64,000 nucleotides of DNA from an uncultured Desulfobacterales bacterium (GTDB lineage: Bacteria; Desulfobacterota; Desulfobacteria; Desulfobacterales; JAHEIW01), in the NCBI GenBank assembly GCA_947259495.1, contig CAMYLV010000004.1, forward strand, positions 128,685 through 192,684, in the 5' to 3' direction. Below are positions 60,105 to 64,000 of the stretch, in pieces; position 1 is the stretch's first letter, and each line of letters opens with the position of its first letter. Position numbers and translations under genes: made by a program. The notes below the pieces were generated by a model. That model made no database searches and was not told the origin of the DNA. It worked only from the letters and a program-made list of their open reading frames with translations.

Positions 60105-60231
60105 ACCCTGACGGGCTGGAACTAAAATTGCCTTTCGATAAGGAGTTGATGACATTCAACAGGTGTCTAGGTCCGGTCTGATTTTTTTAAACGGTTGAAT
60201 TGCAGTATGCTAATTAGGGGTTGGGAGGGGT

Positions 60232-60633
60232 TCAATTTTCATAGCAATTGTTTGCCATTTGGATGCTGAGCGCTGCACGCGATTGCAGAACAGACAGGGT
60301 TAGATCCATGTCGTTTTTACGCGCCTCATCGGATGTGTCCAATTTCTGCCGCCATGCCTTCCCACCGGTAAAATAGAAAGCATAACATTTATCAATTTCC
60401 CCCATAAAACAGGGTTTTTTTTCTCCGTTGCTTTTTAGAATATCGATTTCGATTTTGGCCTGATCCAGCAGCTTAATAAATTCTTCGTAACTCGCATTGC
60501 TTTCGAGTTTTTGCTGGATATTGGAAAGCGCGGCCAGTACCTTTTCTTCATCCATGGATATTTTTGGACCGGAACATGACAGGCTGCCCAGGATCACCAT
60601 TATAACAATTCCGATCAATGCGCATTTTTTCAT
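60232..60633 (-). CDS. small lipoprotein, function unknown
   Basis: MKKCALIGIVIMVILGSLSC lipobox-type signal. Start trimmed to the ATG at 60633. Confidence 0.6.
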   Translation of the reverse strand: MKKCALIGIVIMVILGSLSCSGPKISMDEEKVLAALSNIQQKLESNASYEEFIKLLDQAKIEIDILKSNGEKKPCFMGEIDKCYAFYFTGGKAWRQKLDTSDEARKNDMDLTLSVLQSRAALSIQMANNCYEN

Positions 60634-60770
60634 GAAACTCGTCTCTTTACACTGTGGATTTATCAAAGCATTGTCTGATTGTTAAGCAACACATCTATCA
60701 TAGCCTAAATCAGGACATTTGACAAGTTAAGTGCATAAAAAATGTGTTATTTCATTTACTTATAAAAATT

Positions 60771-61232
60771 TCATTTTTTGTATTTTCGTTTCAACCTGGC
60801 CAGGTCATCCGCTGTATCCCGGGGGTCGTTAAAATTCAAAATCAAAGCCACATGACGGTAGGCTTCGATGATCGGAATGGCCAGATTGTCTGCATCGCGA
60901 TAAAAGACATCGATGCGGTTTGCAATGCCGCTCACGCCCTGCATGCTAAACAGCAACCTGCGCCGCTCAAACACCCCGGAGTCTTGCATCGACCGCATTA
61001 GCGCCGGCGGAACCAAAAGATCTTCCTTTATCTGCGACAGACACAGGCGGATACCTTCCTGAATGCCGGTTAATTGAATGGTCTTCTGGGAAGCATTGAG
61101 CAGCTGCCACATATGACCGTTGAATAACTGATCGGTTACGGTTGTGTCATCTTCAGCTGCTTTGACGGTTCCTAAAGTGCAAAATAATAAGATCAGTACA
61201 CATACGAGAATTCGAATTGTCATTGCCGTCAC
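60771..61232 (-). CDS. small secreted protein, function unknown
   Basis: Signal peptide MTAMTIRILVCVLILLFCTLGTVKA. RBS AGGAGG upstream. 153 aa. Confidence 0.6.
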   Translation of the reverse strand: MTAMTIRILVCVLILLFCTLGTVKAAEDDTTVTDQLFNGHMWQLLNASQKTIQLTGIQEGIRLCLSQIKEDLLVPPALMRSMQDSGVFERRRLLFSMQGVSGIANRIDVFYRDADNLAIPIIEAYRHVALILNFNDPRDTADDLARLKRKYKK

Positions 61233-61352
61233 CTCCTAAAAAATATGCGTCACATAAGGTGCCCTGTAAACCATAAACACCCTGGCGCGGTATAACTCCA
61301 GTTGAAAGCAGGGTTGCGTTTTTATAACGAGACTGAATTATTGGGACTTAAC

Positions 61353-61381
61353 TTGACAAGTACCACAATGTAGGATATCTT
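61353..61381 (+). promoter_or_regulatory. sigma70-like promoter motif pointing into the 3' end of the TIR gene
   Basis: TTGACA (61353-58), a 17-nt spacer, then TATCTT (61376-81). Directly followed by nested hairpins at 61389-61530. Confidence 0.3.
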
Positions 61382-61534
61382 TACGGAGCGCAAGGAAGCC
61401 GGCTACCGCAAGGCGCCGGGGGGTGTTCCAGCCTTTCCATACTTCCTTGTGCGTTTCTATTGAACGAAACATTCCGAAATTCCGGACCAAGCCGGACCGG
61501 AACCTGTGAATCAAATTTGCCTTGATGGGCGATC

Positions 61535-62674
61535 TTATTTTGTTTTCAAATCTTCAACCAAATGGCTAAATTGGGCAAAGTAGGCCTCCCAGTTCTGCCA
61601 ATCAGTAAAATCATAAATTGGATGGGTTTTTTGAAGATCGTCCAGCCAATCTTTTTCAGCATCCAGGCGACCATTATCCAGACGCACCGGAAACAGAACC
61701 GCCCGATTGCGATTGCGCTCTTCTTCTATGGCGGCCTCCACCTCTTTTTGAATCCATGGACTTTCGACTGAAAATTTTGACAATACCACCAGCAGTTTAT
61801 CCTGTACGCGAATAAGCTGATCAACCTGTTGTCGGATCTCATCCCCCATCTTCATTTCTTCAGGCGCATACCAGCAGCTGATTCCTTCACGCTGCAGATC
61901 TTCGCCGATTTTTTCGATAAAATTGCGATCATTGCCGGAAAAACTAATAAAGCAGCTATTGTGTTTAAAGGCTTTTTCGTTCAAATAGCCGGTATACGAT
62001 ATAAAGTGCCTCGGTACGCCGGCGCCCCTGAGAAATTCTTCAGGAATAATGCCTTTTGAACGATAAATGGTGTCAATACCGATGGTAGACGGCCCAAAAT
62101 GTTTAACGGCATTCAGACCAATGGTTTCACTCAGATCATTATCGCCAAAACAGCTCCAGGCAACAAACGCTTCACTGATGTTGCTGTGCTTTAATTCGGC
62201 TTTGGTCAAATTGGCTTCGATCAGGTTGGCACCGCTGAGATTAGCGCCGTTGAATCTGGCCTTTATCAGATAGGCCCATCTGAAATCAGCCCGCTGACAA
62301 TCCGCGCTGTTGAGATCTGCGCTGGACAAATCCGATCGGATAAAAATGGCTCTTTTCAGATCGGCTTCACTCAAATCGGCTCCGCTAAGGTAGGTTTCAC
62401 TGAGGTTCGCTTCGCTGAGATTTGCCATGTTGAAAACTGTGCGACTGAGGTTTGCCCGCCGAAGGTCGGCGCGGTTGAGATTGGCACCACCAAGGTCGGC
62501 CCAGGTCAAATCAGCCCACCTTAGATCGGTTTCGCTCAGATTGGCGCCTTTAAGATCTGTCTTGCTTAAATTAGAACCGGCCAGATCGGGCTCGGTGCCC
62601 GCATTATCCGTGCGCCATTTATTCCACGCCGCGACACCCTGTTTGAGGACCTCTAGATGCTGGGGAATTGCCAT
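61535..62674 (-). CDS. pentapeptide-repeat protein fused to a C-terminal TIR domain
   Basis: Residues ~30-190 are tandem A(D/N)LxX pentapeptides (GSNLSKTDLKGANLSETDLRWADLTWADLGGANLNRADLRRANLSRT...). C-terminal TIR pattern: CFISFSGNDRNFIEKIGEDLQREGISCWYAPEEMKMGDEI...KLLVVLSKFSVESPWIQKEVEAAI. Confidence 0.85.
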   Translation of the reverse strand: MAIPQHLEVLKQGVAAWNKWRTDNAGTEPDLAGSNLSKTDLKGANLSETDLRWADLTWADLGGANLNRADLRRANLSRTVFNMANLSEANLSETYLSGADLSEADLKRAIFIRSDLSSADLNSADCQRADFRWAYLIKARFNGANLSGANLIEANLTKAELKHSNISEAFVAWSCFGDNDLSETIGLNAVKHFGPSTIGIDTIYRSKGIIPEEFLRGAGVPRHFISYTGYLNEKAFKHNSCFISFSGNDRNFIEKIGEDLQREGISCWYAPEEMKMGDEIRQQVDQLIRVQDKLLVVLSKFSVESPWIQKEVEAAIEEERNRNRAVLFPVRLDNGRLDAEKDWLDDLQKTHPIYDFTDWQNWEAYFAQFSHLVEDLKTK

Positions 62675-62992
62675 TGCTTTTCTCCTTATTCAGCTTATTT
62701 ATTCCAGCAGCCGTCCATGCCTGATGATGGACCTGTTTTTTAGCTCGGTTGCACAACTGCTGAACTAGACTATCGGCCAGATCGATAAATACCTTGAATC
62801 AGACAAACCATACGTGTGGAAATCTATATAACTCCTTAAAAATATGTAAAATCCTGCCCATTTTTATTTAATTTAATTCTCAAAAACGCCTGGGTAAAAG
62901 GGTTCCCTTAAAACGCAACTATCCATGATTGCAGCAGATATAATAAACACGGGGTTTGGCATGATTTCTGCAAAATCCAAATTGGGGGAATT

Positions 62993-63098
62993 TATACCGC
63001 TTTCCATATTAATATTCCGAAATACGGAATTGGGGTATAAATGGTTGTAGAAAAAACATTGGAATAACAGAACGTTTTTTTGACAACCACTATAAGTC
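62993..63098 (+). repeat. 106-nt two-hairpin repeat family, locus D
   Basis: tataccgctttccatattaatattccgaaatacggaattggggtataaatggttgtagaaaaaacattggaataacagaacgtttttttgacaaccactataagtc. By manual alignment it differs from locus A by ~10 substitutions and 2 single-base indels. Confidence 0.9.
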
Positions 63099-63117
63099 TA
63101 TAATCTATTCGTCAAAG

Positions 63118-63525
63118 GTGGGTCTTATGGAGGCAAAAAAAATAAATCAGGCGGAAGCAACTGTTTTAGATGTCAAACCCGGGGTAGTTTCTGAAGAAAG
63201 GTCCTTGATCCTTTTAGAAGGCAAGCCCGGCAAAAAAATCGATGAAACCATCAGCTCACCGCATCAGTATGTCAGCCGGTATCATTATGAAACCCGGGAT
63301 TTAGGGAGCTTCCTCGAGTTATGCCCGCACTGCAGAAAACCATCGATCCTTGCCCTGCGCAAAACGGTGGTTGACAGCGCCATCGCATATTTGAATGAAA
63401 AAGAAGAGATCAGAGAACGCCGGTCCAGGCGCCGCAGCGTCATTTTGCTCATTGCCGGTCTGATAGGCATCGCCGGCGGCCTGTACTACCTGTTTTTTCA
63501 TTTGATGTCCGGTTTTAGATTATAA
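63118..63525 (+). CDS. tail-anchored membrane protein with CxxC motif, function unknown
   Basis: 135-aa ORF (GTG 63118 or ATG 63127) with CPHCRK and a C-terminal TM helix VILLIAGLIGIAGGLYYLFF. Starts 20 nt after repeat locus D. Confidence 0.5.
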   Translation: MGLMEAKKINQAEATVLDVKPGVVSEERSLILLEGKPGKKIDETISSPHQYVSRYHYETRDLGSFLELCPHCRKPSILALRKTVVDSAIAYLNEKEEIRERRSRRRSVILLIAGLIGIAGGLYYLFFHLMSGFRL

Positions 63526-63533
63526 AAGCACGT

Positions 63534-64000
63534 TTACAAATTGTCCGCCCGGAAAGTGTTACAATCCAGGACATCACCGGTTTTAAGGCCCCGCTTAAAC
63601 CAGCGCACCCGTTGTGCGGAGCTGCCGTGGGTGAAAGAATCCGGGGTAACATAACCCCGCCCCCGGCGCTGCAGGCGGTCATCACCGATGGCGCTGGCCG
63701 CACCCAGGGCTTCTTCGATATCCCCTTCTTCAAGGATCTGGCGCGCGCGGTCGGCGTGGGACGCCCAAACCCCGGCGAAACAATCGGCCTGCAGTTCCTG
63801 CATCACTGAAAGTTTATTACCTTCCAACTGGCTGACGCGGCTCCGTGCTGAGTGAACCTTTTCAGAAATCCCCAGCAGGGTTTGGACATGATGCCCGATT
63901 TCATGGGCGATTACATAGGCCTGGGCAAAATCGCCCGGTGCACCGTGACGGTTTTTTAAATCCTGATAGAAGCTCAAGTCAATATAAACTTTTTGATCTG
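63534..64000 (-). CDS. partial CDS (3' part): YpfJ-like neutral zinc metallopeptidase
   Basis: HExxH motif in [12 protein letters not shown]. Family-typical [13 protein letters not shown] and C-terminal [14 protein letters not shown]. The reading frame stays open to the right window edge. Confidence 0.8.
   Translation of the reverse strand, partial: DQKVYIDLSFYQDLKNRHGAPGDFAQAYVIAHEIGHHVQTLLGISEKVHSARSRVSQLEGNKLSVMQELQADCFAGVWASHADRARQILEEGDIEEALGAASAIGDDRLQRRGRGYVTPDSFTHGSSAQRVRWFKRGLKTGDVLDCNTFRADNL

Noticed and set aside
59931-60155. 74-aa minus ORF
   Set aside because: It has Gln/Asn/Gly-rich, poorly protein-like composition. The + strand 55-aa hydrophobic peptide in the same place is more plausible, although it is itself low confidence.
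62067-62768. + strand ORFs with LAPLRLAPL-type repeats (62067..62273, 62427..62768), and the apparent DNA tandem repeat at 62100-62600
   Set aside because: The periodicity is the 15-nt coding periodicity of the pentapeptide repeats on the minus strand. It is not an independent repeat or gene.

Overview
This is a chromosomal, mostly housekeeping segment. Gene content suggests a Desulfobacterota (Desulfobacterales-like) genome: multihaem cytochromes, MglA GTPase, DUF4388/PilZ proteins and an ADP-forming acyl-CoA synthetase. That assignment is inference only. I support about 55 protein genes. They include glmM; xseA-xseB-ispA-dxs-tlyA; an EF-G paralogue; purC; mdh; uvrC-uvrB; ispF; a recC-FHA-recB-recD operon; an NrfH-like tetrahaem plus HAO-like octahaem cytochrome pair; two comEA-like genes; manA; a PP2C/FHA pair; efp; guaA; and larB. 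I found no rRNA, tRNA, CRISPR array, transposase or integrase. The points most worth a second look are listed here. (1) A pentapeptide-repeat-TIR fusion gene sits in a ~3.2-kb cassette bracketed by inverted copies of a ~106-nt two-hairpin repeat. That repeat occurs at four loci and shows a compensatory stem change. (2) An FHA-domain gene is embedded between recC and recB. (3) A tightly packed purC / ParB-like / SPL-like radical-SAM gene set lies next to a secreted SNase-type nuclease. (4) A YprA(MrfA)-type helicase is fused to a YprB(MrfB)-like DEDD exonuclease domain, and is split by a 1-nt frameshift in a G5 run. (5) A family of long imperfect hairpins with arms built from 7-9-nt tandem units occurs mainly between convergent genes. 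(6) An MglA / DUF4388-cNMP / PilZ cluster has no MglB. All functional calls come from motif recognition by eye. No database search was possible.
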